Positions 37,432 through 50,546 are shown, counted from the stretch's first letter. The stretch: 64,000 nucleotides of DNA from Octopus sinensis (GCF_006345805.1 NC_043006.1:1116001-1180000); one strand, 5' to 3'. Made by a program: numbers and translations. The notes: a model not told the origin generated them from the sequence alone.

Positions 37432-37660
37432 ATCTATCATGGTCAGGACGCCATGATAGGTCGTTAGCTCCTACACGCATTTTTTTCTCTCCATGTTTCT
37501 CTCCTTGTTTTTTTTCTGTGTATCTTTCTGTTGAAGAGCGTAGGCTCGAAACGTAAAAGACTTGTTCTATTTCTATTCCTGAGCGCCATACTAATACAAT
37601 TGTTTGTTTGTACTCCACCTGCCTTCGTCTTTTGTTTATTTTCGTAAACCTTCCCATTAT
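37432..37660 (+). mobile_element. Penelope-like pseudo-LTR / solo remnant in (TA)n
   Basis: Contains a minimal hammerhead motif typical of PLE pLTRs; 5' hairpin ctatcatgg/ccatgatag; (TA)n on both sides. Confidence 0.6.
37523..37560 (+). ncRNA. minimal type-I hammerhead ribozyme motif, variant core
   Basis: Stem I TCTTT/AAAGA; core CTGTTGA+A; stem II GAGC-gtag-GCTC; GAAA; palindromic stem III ACGT; GTA cleavage triplet (after 37555). Confidence 0.7.
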
Positions 37661-37767
37661 ATATATGTATATATATATATATATAAATTAAATTAGAGAT
37701 AGTCCCGTCCGTGTTTTTTGTATCGTCTTCTAAATGTTTTACGTTCTTGTCCCAGTTTGTATTTTTC

Positions 37768-37797
<30 letters not shown>

Positions 37798-37799
<2 letters not shown>

Positions 37800-40700
37800 C
37801 CTTAAATCCTTAATCCTTAAAAATGTTTTAGCCCGAAGGCCGCGGCCATGCTGGGGCACCACCGCTGAATGAGCTACACTAGTTTGTGAATCCTCCTCTG
37901 ATACGTGGCACTTGATCAACAAGGGAGTTCGATGCTGCTGCCCGCATCCATGTCTCCTGTCGTGAGGTAGTTTCATCTGGGACTCCCAACAAGAAGAGAT
38001 CCAGTTTAGTTTTAAAGAAACCCACATCCACACGATGTAAGTCTCTCAGGCATTTAGGGAGGATGTTAAAGAGCTGTGGTCCTCTGAAACCCAAGCTGTT
38101 GCAGTATCTGGACCTGTATTTTGATGGTGATGTTGGAATCCTTGCACCACACGCAGCGGCGCCCGTTCTGCGGTTGGAGTAACTTTGAATGCCAAAGTTT
38201 GGACAAGACCCTCCAGGATTTTCCAGATGTATATATATCACTGCATATCTCTCCCCTCCGCTCCAGGAGAAGAGGTTTAATACCTTCAGTCTTTCCCAGT
38301 AGCTGACATTTTGCATTGAGACAATTTTCTTTGTGTAGCTTCTCTAAGTTGCTTCGAGTTCTGCTGTTTGTTTTATATTGTGTGGTGACCAAAGTTGGGA
38401 GCAGTAGTCCAAGCGGCTGAGGACGAATGTTTTCCATAGGACCATCAGTGTCTCCTTCTCTCTTGTTCTGAAAGTTCGGAGAATCCATCCAGCTAGCCGT
38501 CTGCATTTTATCACCAGATTAGCAATATGCATTTGGAAAGATGCATCATTGCTCATGTCAATGCCCAGGTCACGCACTGATTTTGACTCAGGGATTGCAA
38601 TTCTTCCTGGGCCAGTGTATCCAGTCTTCACGTCATTTACCTTTGTGTGCCAGTAGCGCAGGGCCTGGAACTTACCTGCATTAAACTGCATGTTGTTGTC
38701 CTCAGCCCTACCTGTATATTGTGTCCAGCTCATGTTGCAGATGCGCAATATTTTCAGGGTTTTGTATTGCGTGGGAGACTTTGTGTCATCTGCATAGCTA
38801 GCAAGGGTGGTCATCGTAGCAACTGAAGGCATGTCTGAAAGGGCCACTATGAACATCAGTGGCCCCAAGACAGTGCCCTGTGGGACACCGCTTGTTATTT
38901 GCGTTTCCTTGGAGGTGGCTCCATTGCTCACAACTGCCTGTTTTCTGTCTTTTAGGAAGTTGTGCAGCCACTCTCCAAGTTTCCCGCCTATGCCGAGACC
39001 ACGCAGTTTGTGACAGATCATACCATGGTCGACTTTATCAAAGGCTTTTGCAAAGTCGAGATATATTACATCCACATTTGAGCCATTTAGTAGCTGTTTC
39101 AACACCCAGTCATAGTGTTGCAGGAGCTGTGTTAGGCAGCCTCTACCTGGTCGAAATCCATGCTGGGTGTCAGACAGTAAGTCATTTTCTTCAAGGAACA
39201 TGATTAGTTTCTTACGGACTATTCGTTCCATGACTTTGCTGATGTGTGAGGTCAGAGAGATAGGCCTATAATTTTTAGCATCTGCTCTGCTACCTCCCTT
39301 ATGGATAGGGCATATTACCCCCTCTTTCAGTTTGACTGGGAGCTTACCACTTGCAAGAAAGCTCTGAAAAAGAAGCTGTAGCGGTTTTGCAAGGGCTCGT
39401 TTGCACGATTTGAGAAGGATCGCTGGGAATCCATCAGGTCCAGCAGCTGAGTTTGTGTCAATCTCATCAATGGCTAGTAGTGATATCATCTTCTTCGATG
39501 TTGATGTACTCAATTTTTGTCTCTTTGGCCGCTGGTAAAGTGGCAAAGAATTCTTCTGTGTTGTTTACTTGCCTGTGTCCTAGAGGTGTAGTGAACACAC
39601 TTTGGAACTGTTCGTTCAGTATTTCACTTATCCTCGTGGGATTTCCTGTGAGAGAGCCATCTTTTTGGAAGAGAGGTCCTATTCTCTGGTGCACTGTGGC
39701 TGTCTCTTTGGCAAACTTAAAGAAAGCTTTAGGGTTTGATTTATATTTTCTATTACCCAAGCTTCTTTATCTGCTCTCTCTCTCCTTTTCATGGGACTGA
39801 TGTAGACTTTTTTCAGTTTCCATTAGCATTCTTTCGAGCCGAGACTTCTCACCACTTTTGGTGTGCTTGCTCAGGCGGTTTGCAATCCTTGTCCGTCGTC
39901 TCATAAGAATCCTCCTTTCTCTAGGGATCCTGTTTTTGTTCTTGTGTGTGCTGGCCCTGCACATTGGGACATATTTGTCACATATGGCTTGTATTATGGA
40001 CATGAAGTGTTTTGTGTTTCATGTTTATGTCCGGTGTGGAGAGACATTCAGGCCAATCCTGTTTGAGGATCTCTTTCTCAATCGACTTCCAGTTGGCTTT
40101 ATGAAAGTTTAAGTTGGAGAGATGGTGGGTGCTTCGTATAGGCTGTGTGTCTGCGGGGGCTTTTGTTCCATACATAGACAGCTCTATTATGTTGTGATCC
40201 GAGATCATTGTCGGCATCACATTAACATTATGGATAATATCCATATTGTTTGTGAAGCAGAGATCCAGTATATTATCTGCCCTTGTTGGTTGCAGAACTA
40301 TTTGCTCCATGAAAGAGGCATTTGTGAGATGGAGCAGGGACTCCACCTGTGCCTGCTGATGGTGTGTCATCCCTGGGAGCATCTGCCCCCCAGGCCATTC
40401 CACATTGGGGAGGTTAAAGTCACCCATGAAGAATACACTGTTGTGCTGTTCAAGGTTGGTGAGGACTTCTCCTATTTTTGTTAGGCAGTCTTCAAACATG
40501 TCTGAGTGTTTTGGGGCATCTGGTGGGCGATATGTAGTGCATATGACGATATTCAGTTGTCTTATGTGTACAATTTGAGTTTCACATACTGAGTTTGAAT
40601 ATGACAGCAGGACCTGGGGCGTGAGGTCATCTCGGATGTACATTGCAACTCCAAAATGGCTCCTCTCTTTTCTATCTGTGCGTATGACTGCATATTGCGG

Positions 40701-41545
40701 CATGTGTATTTCTGCATCACCTATATCGGGTTCAAGATGCGTTTCTGTGAGTGCCATGCATATAGCTCGATTGCATGTCACAAGGTCTCTCAGGAATGAA
40801 ATTTTCTTTTTACAGTTTCCGCGCAGCAGCCCTCCTACATTCAGTAGAAATATTTTTGTGGTGTGTGTGTTGGTGTTGGTGTCTGTGGTGGCAATCCTGC
40901 ATCTGTTGGTGGTGGCCTTATGTGGTGGTAGTTCCAGCTTTGTGCTTGTAGCCAGGTCAGCTGCTGAACAATTTTTTCTGCCATGCACAAAAAAGACTGC
41001 TGTTCAGCTGCCGCCCTTCTCACATCTGGGTGAAGCTGGCCACCTGTTGGGTTTCCGCGCACCACATCTGCATACCGTCTTTCAGTAGTGGTCAGTGCGA
41101 TTTTTTCCCTTCTTTTAACTTTTTCTTTTTGTTTTTGTTTTTGTTCTCCCTGAGGGAGGGACTTCTGTCTCGCGTCCGTGCGGTTTCGGTAGGGCCTCCG
41201 ATGTGCAAAGCGACAGTTTGCACCTTCAACGCCGTACCAGCAGTCCCACCTCAGGTAGAATTTGCAGGTGCTTCTTTCCCTGCCCTTACAGTTTTTGCTG
41301 GGGTCCCTCTGTTTTCTCTGGACAGGGCTTCCTTTAGCCTTGATTCTGTCACCCTTTACCTCCTGCTTCCCATCAATTCCAGGGTGCCTTTCCTTTCTTG
41401 TGGCCATCGCACCTCTTTGGTCTTCAGTTGTGGTGTTGGAAGCTGGACATGTGTCATCGTTTCCCTGTGTTCCAGGCTTCTCCATTTGGCTCTGGATGCT
41501 TTCCTCATCCTTTTGGCCCTCCCTGCTGCCGTCACCTCCCATATA
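37798..41545 (-). mobile_element. near-complete CR1-like LINE (ORF1 + APE + RT + 3' tail), flanked by (TA)n
   Basis: APE: LLNVGGL, LTETHL, YRPPD, MGDFN, DLCFTN, SDHN. RT: YLDFAKAFDKVDH, YADD. Tail ggtggtgccccagcatggccgcggccttcgggctaaaac(ttaagga)n; several frameshifts. Confidence 0.95.
40841..41542 (-). pseudogene. LINE ORF1 remnant with CCCH zinc finger
   Basis: CKFYLRWDCWYGVEGANCRFAH (C-x7-C-x8-C-x3-H) at 41201-41266 in a basic, K/R-rich open frame directly upstream of the endonuclease. Confidence 0.75.
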
Positions 41546-41547
41546 TG

Positions 41548-41613
<66 letters not shown>

Positions 41614-41620
41614 AATATAT

Positions 41621-41684
<64 letters not shown>

Positions 41685-41965
41685 ATATATATATTTGTAT
41701 GTATGTATGTATGTATGTATGTTACGTATGTATGTGTATGCACATACATATAATGTATATGTGACCATGCGTGCTGCTATGCTTGGATTGTTTGAGCTTG
41801 AATGCGTGTGCCTGCAACGTGGTTGTGTGAGACAGAAGAAATAAATAGGGAAAGAAAGAGAGTGAATAAATGTGTGTTTCATTCTGTGTTTCATTCTGTG
41901 TTTTTTCACTGGTATCGATGAAGGTATAAGCAAAGTCATATTATTGTAGGAACTAACTGGCGACG

Positions 41966-42282
41966 GGAGGCGCAATGGCCCATTGGTTAGGGCCGCGGAC
42001 TCGCGGTCGGAGGATCGCGGTTCCGATTCCCTGACCGGGTGTTGCGTGTGTTTATTGAGCGAAAACACCTAAAAGCTCCTCGAGGCTCCGGCAGGGGGTG
42101 GGGGTGGCGACCCTGTTGTACTCTTTCACCCCAACTTTCTCTCACTCTTTCTTCCTGTTTCTTGGGTAATGCTGCGATGGACTGGCGTCCCGTCCAGCTG
42201 GGAAACACATATGCCATAGAAACTGGGAAACCGGGCCCATGAACCTGGCTAGGTTTGAAAAGGGCGATTAAATAAAAAAAAA
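41966..42282 (+). mobile_element. tRNA-derived SINE family C, full length, 8-bp TSD
   Basis: A-box TGGCCCATTGG, B-box-like GGTTCCGATTCC, internal gcgatggactggcgtcccgtccag, A-tail; TSD TGGCGACG at 41958-41965 and 42283-42290. Confidence 0.85.
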
Positions 42283-42654
42283 TGGCGACGAGAATTATAC
42301 ATACAAAAACATCTTAAATTCTGTTTCCTAGACTAGAACGACACAAGTGTTTCTATCTTCCTCATATTTACATTACTGAGCACTTCAAGCAATATATGGG
42401 TTGTCGATAAAATGCCTATAAATTCGAGGTAGGCAGCGTCCGATAATCAGAAACACCAAACACTTCATACTTTGTTAATGATGATGTCACTTGACCTTCA
42501 TGGCTAATATCGGACTCTGTTCTTAATCTCAGAAGATAAGCACGAACTCAAGACCTTAGGTTCTCCAAACATTAGAGCAACGAAACTTACTGAAGTTACT
42601 TCCAACTCTCTTATATACATTTATCTACTTCAATAATTTTTATCATTTCTTTTA

Positions 42655-42850
42655 TCTTTTACTCGTTTCAATCACTGGACTGCGGCCATGCCGGGGCACT
42701 GCTTGGAGGGCTTAGTCGAACGAATCGACCACGGTACTTATTCAAGTCTGGTATTTTTCTATCGGATTCTTTTCGCCGAACCGCTTGGCTATGGGGATGT
42801 AAGCAAACCAGCATCGGTTTTTTAAGCAATGACAGCAGACAAACACAAAC
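42655..42850 (-). mobile_element. CORE-like SINE 3' half
   Basis: rc of gtgccccggcatggccgcagtccagtgattgaaacgagtaaaagataaa. Confidence 0.7.
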
Positions 42851-42891
42851 ATAAAAACACATACCCATACATACATATGTATATATATAAT

Positions 42892-42958
<67 letters not shown>

Positions 42959-42964
42959 ATAGAT

Positions 42965-43050
<86 letters not shown>
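42892..43050. repeat. (GATA)n microsatellite
   Basis: Long gata run. Confidence 0.95.
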
Positions 43051-43051
<1 letters not shown>

Positions 43052-43585
43052 GGTGCGATCAGTAAATTGTCTCCATTCTATATTTTTTATTTCGCGCATA
43101 ATTTTGTTGACTACACAGAATTGTAGGGTCAGTTGAGCACTGTCTGTAGGAAAACAAGACCATCACGCATTTCCCTCTGCAAGAAATTTGGAAACGACAT
43201 GCTGTACTGCGTGGCATTCGCGTCGGAGACCCCTAACATCTCTGCACCTAACTCCTCAGACTGCAACCCACTTGTTTATTATATGTGAGGCGCAGTTGAG
43301 CGGGAGACCAACAAAACTCCTTGTATCACCAGAGATGAACTGAAGGTAAAGATTAAAGCAACGTTTACCAACTTAAACAAGATAACCATCCAGAAGAGTC
43401 GCAGGATATTCCGAAGTCGTCTGGAGGCCGTGGTTGAAGGCAATGGCGATTTTATTGAATAAATTTACTCTTTAGTATTTCAAGATATTTTTATGTAATT
43501 CTGGTAAATATATCTCTTAAAACGAGATGTTACTGTTCTTTTCATTTTTGCGTTATTTACACGACAATTTATTCACTGCACCCTG
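43051..43585 (+). mobile_element. internally deleted Tc1/mariner (maT/DD37D-like) element
   Basis: PNSSDCNPL..GAVERETNKTPC..RSRLEAVVEGNGDFIE*; TIRs gggtgcgatcagtaaattgtc and gacaatttattcactgcaccctg|TA. Confidence 0.8.
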
Positions 43586-43678
43586 TATACACGTATGTGT
43601 GTATGTGTGCGTGCGTGTGTGTATCAACAATAATAATAATAATAAGGATTATTACGAAGTGGTATAGCATTACCATGA

Positions 43679-43719
<41 letters not shown>

Positions 43720-43722
<3 letters not shown>

Positions 43723-44563
43723 CAGCTGATGCATTTTGGAAGAAATTCCTCACTAAAACAGCCATACTCTCTTCCTTCGCTCACAGCCTCTAACAATATC
43801 AGAGACCTGGGTGTAATTGTTGATGACGATCTCAGTTGGAGTGCACACATCAACAAGAAGGTCGATATAACTCGTAGGATGAGTTCCTGGATCTTAAGAA
43901 CTTTCCGGTCCAGAGAATAAGATGTCATCATACCACATTTCTCCTCCTTTGTACGGCCACACCTCGAATACTGCTGCCCACTGTGGTCTCCCCATATAAG
44001 ACAAAACATCTCGAGGATTGAATCACCCCAGAGAGCACTCAGTAAACGTATTGAAGGCACGGCTGCTCTCGATTATTGGGATCGCCTTAAAGCCTTGAAA
44101 CTCTACTCTCTCCAGCGTCGCCGTGAGCGGTACATCATTTGTACGATGTGGAGAATATACCGCCAACTTTGCCCAAACGACCTGAACATTAGCTTCTAGG
44201 TTCGTCCAAGACTGGAACCACGGGCCATACGTCCCCTGCCCAATTCAAGATCACAGGATACATGTACACTGCAACATAATTTCTTTTCCTCAACAGGCCC
44301 TGCCCTATTTAACATCGTCCCGAAAAAGATCGAAGAGGAACAGGATCCCATCAACTTTAAACGGAGTCTGGATAGATTCCTTCAAGAAATACCAGATAAG
44401 CCACCCATAATTGGATACAACTCACCCAACAACTCACTACTTGAATGGACCATAAACAAAACTTGACTTAAACAGGATTCATATAATCCTATCAGGTGGT
44501 GCTATTAAGTTAGACATGGCCTGGACCAATCGTTGGTCGAAACATATCTAAGTTTTATCTAAG
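43720..44563 (+). mobile_element. 3' fragment of a second CR1-like LINE family, in (TA)n
   Basis: RDLGVIVDDDLSWSAHI, VRPHLEYCCPLWSP, LKLYSLQRRRERY; tail ggtggtgc..catggcc-hairpin-gaaac(atatctaag..). Confidence 0.9.
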
Positions 44564-45224
44564 TTATATATATATATATATATGAACTTCAGGTTCGATA
44601 AAATGTTTGTAACATATTTTAGCTTCTAAACATAAATTTAGTGGAGTTACCGTGGAGAGAAAAAATTTTCTCTTCTACTAAAATGTGTAAAAGCATCATA
44701 GCTGCCTAGTGCGCGACCTTCTAGCGGATTCGCAGATATGCGTTTCTCTTTCTTAAGCAGCCCTCAGCGGGAAATGCCGAAGAAAGATTCAAAGCCGTAG
44801 CTTTATCTAAACACAATCAACATCAGTGAATGAGTTGAGCTCGCGGACCGCCTGGACAAAATTAAAAAATAGCAGCAGTAGTGCTGCGCAGGGATGAAGA
44901 ATAAACGAATTTCAGGTTAATTGAAATATGTCTGTGAGAAATTCACTGCAGTTGCCGTGGAGAAAGGGCAGTTTTTGTGGTTTACACCTTTTCCAAAATC
45001 CAATATCCAGGATTTTATCGTTTCTGGAGTCCTTCAACCGCTGTTCTTCTCTAAGCCAGTCTCTTGCTATGAGAGAGAATTCTTTTCCCCAACGGCAACT
45101 GCTGTCAATTTGCCTTTAGAAGTTGAAGAATATCGCCTAATTATCTAACCTAGAATTTGTTTGTTCATCACTGTTTGATGCTAATGCTGCTATATATAAA
45201 CGCGCGCGTGTTTGTGTGTGTGCA

Positions 45225-45277
<53 letters not shown>

Positions 45278-45659
45278 CTTATAAGCAAGGGCTAAAGAAG
45301 ATTATTCTAAAGCCAATATACTGATTATCCACTTATAATCCACTTGTTACAGGAAAATTGAACTGAAATCGGGCAACTAACCTTTAGAAAATTTAAATTT
45401 CGTTATCTTTATATTGAATCAATTTCTAAATTAATCCTATAAAGGATACATTCTTCTTCAGTAGAGCTTACGAGGGAACATAAATAAAATACTCACATGT
45501 GATCATGGAAAAAGCAGAAGCTAAAAAACACAACCACATTTAAGTACATCATTGTATCTAAAGATAAAAATTCAGTTAGTTTTATATATATATATAATTA
45601 TATATATATAAATATATATATATAATATATGGTTTATGATTACATATCTTGGGTCAATA

Positions 45660-46212
45660 CATAATCATCATCTGGAAAAGATTTCTAACAAGAAAGGGTA
45701 TGGCCTGGTCAGCCTGTAATGCCATGCATAAGATCTGGTCATCAAATCTAAGTAGAGACTTCAAACTTGAAATATTCAAAGCCACAGTCGAACCAATCCT
45801 ACTAAATGGCTCAGAAACCTGGACGTTATCAAAGAAGCTTGAGAGGCGGTTGGATGGAACCTACACTCGCCTCCTTATGAGAGCTCAAAATCTCTCGTGG
45901 AGGCGCCATCCAACCAAAATGCAAATATATGGGAAACTACCACCTGTGTCATCTCTTGTGAAAGGTAGGGAGTCCAGTTTGCTGGACATTGTTGTAGGCT
46001 GAAAAAGAAGTAATTTCTACTCTCTTCTCCTCTGGAAGCCATCTACTTGCAACACCAGAGGGCGCACACTCTCCTACCCTGATGTAATCTCCAGGGATAC
46101 AGGCATCCAGCAACAGGACCTCCGTAATGCCATGATGGACCGTGAAGTCTGGCGCAACATGGTAAATTCCATTGTCTCGACCACGGTCGAACAATGATGA
46201 TGATGATGATAT
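45660..46212 (+). mobile_element. 3' fragment of an RTE-clade LINE
   Basis: RKGMAWSACNAMHKIW..KATVEPILLNGSETWTL..LSWRRHPT; (ATG)n tail; (TA)n on both sides. Confidence 0.85.
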
Positions 46213-46268
46213 ATATATATATATATAAATTGAAGATTGAATTACGAAAAAGGTTTTGACTCAACCTG

Positions 46269-46313
<45 letters not shown>

Positions 46314-46738
46314 GTGTGTGTGTGTGTGTGTGTGTTGGTCAGCGCGGGGGCAGTGGGACTGATTTGTATTTGGGATACTCGTTTCGATACTAGATGATGT
46401 CCGAACCGCTAGTGTGCAAATTCAAATGACATTGACCAGCTCAATAATTTTCCCATCAACGGTGCCTTTAGATCGCCTTCATTTAGAGCGGAAACAAGGG
46501 CAGATGCTTTGCATCGAAGTGAATCCACCGGCCAAGTTTGGATACACGAAGCAAATAACATCACGAGACTTGGAAAGCATCTTCTCGAAGAATATTCCTT
46601 GTCTCATGATCATGAGTGCATACCCAAAGTTGGCTGACTCTACCTCAACATACACTCAGGAGAAGGAATGATCAACAATGACGGCAACATTGATAATAAA
46701 AGCAGTCACTTGCCGATCAGTAAGAGGATCACTGAACA

Positions 46739-47130
46739 TCTCTCTCTATATAAAGCTGAAGTTGTCTGTGTGTCGCAGGTTTGGTTGCCTTCAACTAACA
46801 CTATCTCCTCCGAGACCCTGCGGCACAAGTTGACCAAAATTGAGAGTATGATAGAAGAAAGCTTGCTCTTCATTTTGTAGAAGAAAAAATTCAAATCGGA
46901 CCATGTTAACACCAAACATTATTTACATCAAAAAGGTGAGGTTTTTTTCTATAAAAATCCCTATTTTTTACTATTTTTGACTGCTGTGTCGCCATTTTTT
47001 GGTGTATTTCAACCAGAAAAATGTTCACTTAAAGAGAATAACAAGCTACATAATGCAAAATTATTACTTTTAAAAATTCAAATTCTAAAGGGTCGAAACA
47101 AACCCGAGCAACGCCGGGCGATACTGCTAG
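46739..47130 (+). mobile_element. non-autonomous Helitron copy 1
   Basis: A|TC 5' end, 3' hairpin cccg-agcaacgc-cggg then CTAG|T; second copy at 51059. Confidence 0.8.
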
Positions 47131-47169
47131 TTAATTTGAAAGGTATGCATTTCTAATCCACGAACAGGA

Positions 47170-47610
47170 GATAGCAATCAAATTGCTGTTGCACAAAAAG
47201 AGACGTAGACAGAGGATAAGCACCGAAATGTGATGATTGAGACTTTGATAACATTGTAATGTCCGAAAATGTCATCATGCTATGTTATGAGACACAGTGT
47301 TATGGCCTATCCACAGTACGATGAGATCCGTCAGAAGAACCAAAGATACAGTAACCCACAATGCGGTAGAGATTATAAGCATTCATACAATGCAGGAGTA
47401 CTGGTGTAATATCCCAGTGAAAATGTCAATAAAATGTAAACGTGATATACCGGATAGAAAAGAGAAACTGTGTAGAGTAGCGAAAGTTTACTCAGCAGAT
47501 ATTAACATAAAGCTTGAGATTAGCGGCAAAGAAAACACTTCCACTAAACTACGGAGATATTTACTCCACCCGGATTACAAGTTCAGGTTTATACGCGTAT
47601 TTTTTTGAGA
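47170..47610 (+). mobile_element. decayed R4/Dong-type RLE fragment
   Basis: QEYWCNIPVKMSIKCKRD..ADINIKLEI..HPDYKFRFI, alignable by eye to the 55174-55671 protein. Confidence 0.65.
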
Positions 47611-48289
47611 AACTACGGTAGAAAACCAACTGCTTCAGCACCGATCTTGAAAATTACGGTTCCCAAAACTAGAAGGGAGAAAGCTAATCAGAAGACAAAG
47701 CATTAGTAAAACTTTCCAAAATTTAGCATATAAGTACACATGTACGCATCTATATATATATAAGTGCACATACATAAAACAAAATATGCAGATCTGCACA
47801 TGCACTGACATGAAGTACTTGCATATATACACACACACAATTACCCTATTCATGTTGTTGGAAGAGCTTCGGATCCGGGGTGCAAACCGGATCATCTTCC
47901 ATTGACAAGAAAAAAAACATACATAATAGTCAAACATACGTACATCCAAAAATTAATCCTTTCATCCATTCAACCATCCGTGCAGCCATCCATCCATCCG
48001 TACACACATACATACATGCAGACATACATAGATGCATGCATACATGCATGTATGTATGCATGCGTACATTTTTTTCTGGCAAACTGGTCGGCGGACGGAG
48101 ACTACTCTCACATACTGTCACAAGCTGAACAAACCAATATCAGTACCAACCGATTCTGCTGTTAATCCGATGATATTATCTTTGAGCGGCTTACTGATCA
48201 ATAATAAACGGGCTGCTGATAAACTGTCACTTTAGATTCATGTGTCAGACATGTTGCTATCCTCTTTGACAGCAAAGTAATAACAACTC

Positions 48290-49260
48290 AAACTCTCTGA
48301 TCTCTGCCTCCTTCTCTCCCTTCTCCCCCTCTCTCTCTTATACTATCTCAACCTATCCCTCTTTCATGTCTCACTCACTCTCTATTACACTTTGTTATAC
48401 TACCTCTCACACCCTCCCTCGTTTTCCCTCTTTTCCCTTTCCTTTTTCCTTCCTCTTCCTCACTCCGTCTCTCTCTCTCTCTCTCTCCTCGCCCTCGCTC
48501 TTTCTATATCACTCTTACATTTTCTCTCTACTTCTCTCTCCCTCTTCTCTTGCCCTTTTCCTTCCTTGGTCTCTCCTTCCTCCCTCTCTTTTTCTCTCTC
48601 TCTTTCTCTATTTCTCCAGATCTTACTCTATCACTATCTCTGTCAGACTACCTCTCTCCCCCTCCCTCATTTACCCCTTTTCTTTCCTTTCCTCTTTCTC
48701 TTTTCCTTCCTCTCCTTCTCCTTCTTTCTCTCTCCCTCTCTATCTCCCTTGCTCTTTCTACATCACTTTCAATGTCTCTATTTCTCCCTCCCTATTTTCT
48801 CGCCCTTTCTCCTCCTCCCTAAACCTCTCTCTTCCTTTTTACCTCCCTTGACCACTCTCTATCAATCTCTACGTCACACTAACTCTCTCTCTCCTACCCT
48901 CGTTTTCCCTCTTCCCCTCTTTCCACTCTCTCCCTCCTCTCTCCTCTTTTTCCTTCACACTTTCTATATCACTCTCACTGTCACTCTCAAATTCTCCCCC
49001 CTTTCTCGCCCACTTTCTTCCTTTCTCTCCCACCCTCTCTCTCTTTCCCTGTATCTCTCCTACTCTTTATCACTCACTATGTCTCACAACCTCTCCCTCC
49101 ACCCCTCTTCCCCCTCCTATTCTTCCTTTCCTCCCCTTTTCTCTTTATTTCTCTCTCTATATCACTCTTTCTCCCTTATTTCTCCTGCTCTTTCCCTCCC
49201 ACCCTCCTCTGTAATACATGCAGATTTACATTTATGTAAATATATGCGTTTTCTTCTTTC
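48290..49260. repeat. ~1-kb polypyrimidine (CT-rich) tract
   Basis: Almost only C/T on the + strand. Confidence 0.9.
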
Positions 49261-49371
49261 CCCCTTACAAACGCATATTTAAACGTTACTTTTAATCATT
49301 ATCACGTAATTTGCTCTTGCTCTTCCAACCATGAAACCTCTCTTGTTCCCATCTATGTGTTTCTCACTAAT

Positions 49372-49380
49372 TCTACCTAC

Positions 49381-49442
<62 letters not shown>

Positions 49443-49494
49443 GTCTATCGGACTATCTATCTATCTTTTTATCTATCTATCTATCTATCTGTCA

Positions 49495-49541
<47 letters not shown>

Positions 49542-49645
49542 AATCTATATATCTACATATCTATCTTTCTATCTATTTATCTGTCTTTCTATCTATCTAC
49601 CTGTCTATCTATCTATCTATATGTCTGTCTATCTATCTATCTATT

Positions 49646-49676
<31 letters not shown>

Positions 49677-49758
49677 CTATCTCTATCTCTCTCTTTGTCT
49701 ATCTATCTATCTATATGTCTGTCTATCTATCTATCTATTTATCTATCTGTCTATCTAT

Positions 49759-49824
<66 letters not shown>

Positions 49825-49875
49825 CTATCTCTCTCTTTGTCTATCTATCTATCTATCTACGTATCTATCAATCTA
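49372..49875. repeat. (CTAT)n microsatellite
   Basis: ~500 bp of ctat with variants. Confidence 0.95.
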
Positions 49876-49953
49876 TATGAATGAAAATATATAATATATA
49901 TATACAGTATATATATATATATGTGTGTGTGTGTATGTATACACACACACACG

Positions 49954-49984
<31 letters not shown>

Positions 49985-50209
49985 GTACGAGTGCATAGGC
50001 AAACGGAGGCAAGTGACATCGAAAACCTTCCATCGATTCTGCTGCTGCTCCCCGCCGCCAGCGAAGTGCTTCCATGGAACTCTGATGTCTTCGGTTTTGC
50101 TTTCCCACTTGCGTCATGTTTGGACCGGTGCAACCTCATCGGTCTGCGAGTTTGACTTGAAAAGTTTAAGCAGAACAATGGAGCCGGAGGGCTTTTTGCG
50201 GCACCCTCT

Positions 50210-50546
50210 ACACACACACACACACACACACACTCACACACACACACTCACACACTCACACACACACGCAGGCACACACTCACACACACTCACACACTCA
50301 CTCACACACACACACACACTCACACACACTTACACTCACACACACTCACACACTCACTCACACACACACACACACTCACACACACTTACACGCACACACA
50401 CACACTCACACACGCACACACACACACACACTTACACAGTCACACACTCACACACACACACTCACACACACTCACACACACACACACGCACACACACTCA
50501 CACTTACACACACACACACGCGCGCGCGCACACACACACACACACA
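50210..50546. repeat. (CA)n/(CACT) microsatellite
   Basis: Long ca run with ct interruptions. Confidence 0.9.

Noticed and set aside
44948-45102. Short inverted repeat gcagttgccgt/acggcaactgc as a MITE
   Set aside because: Only ~11-20 bp and imperfect, with no TSD or second copy in the window.
46330-46738. Unique-looking segment as a host exon
   Set aside because: No recognisable peptide in any frame and no convincing splice-site pair.
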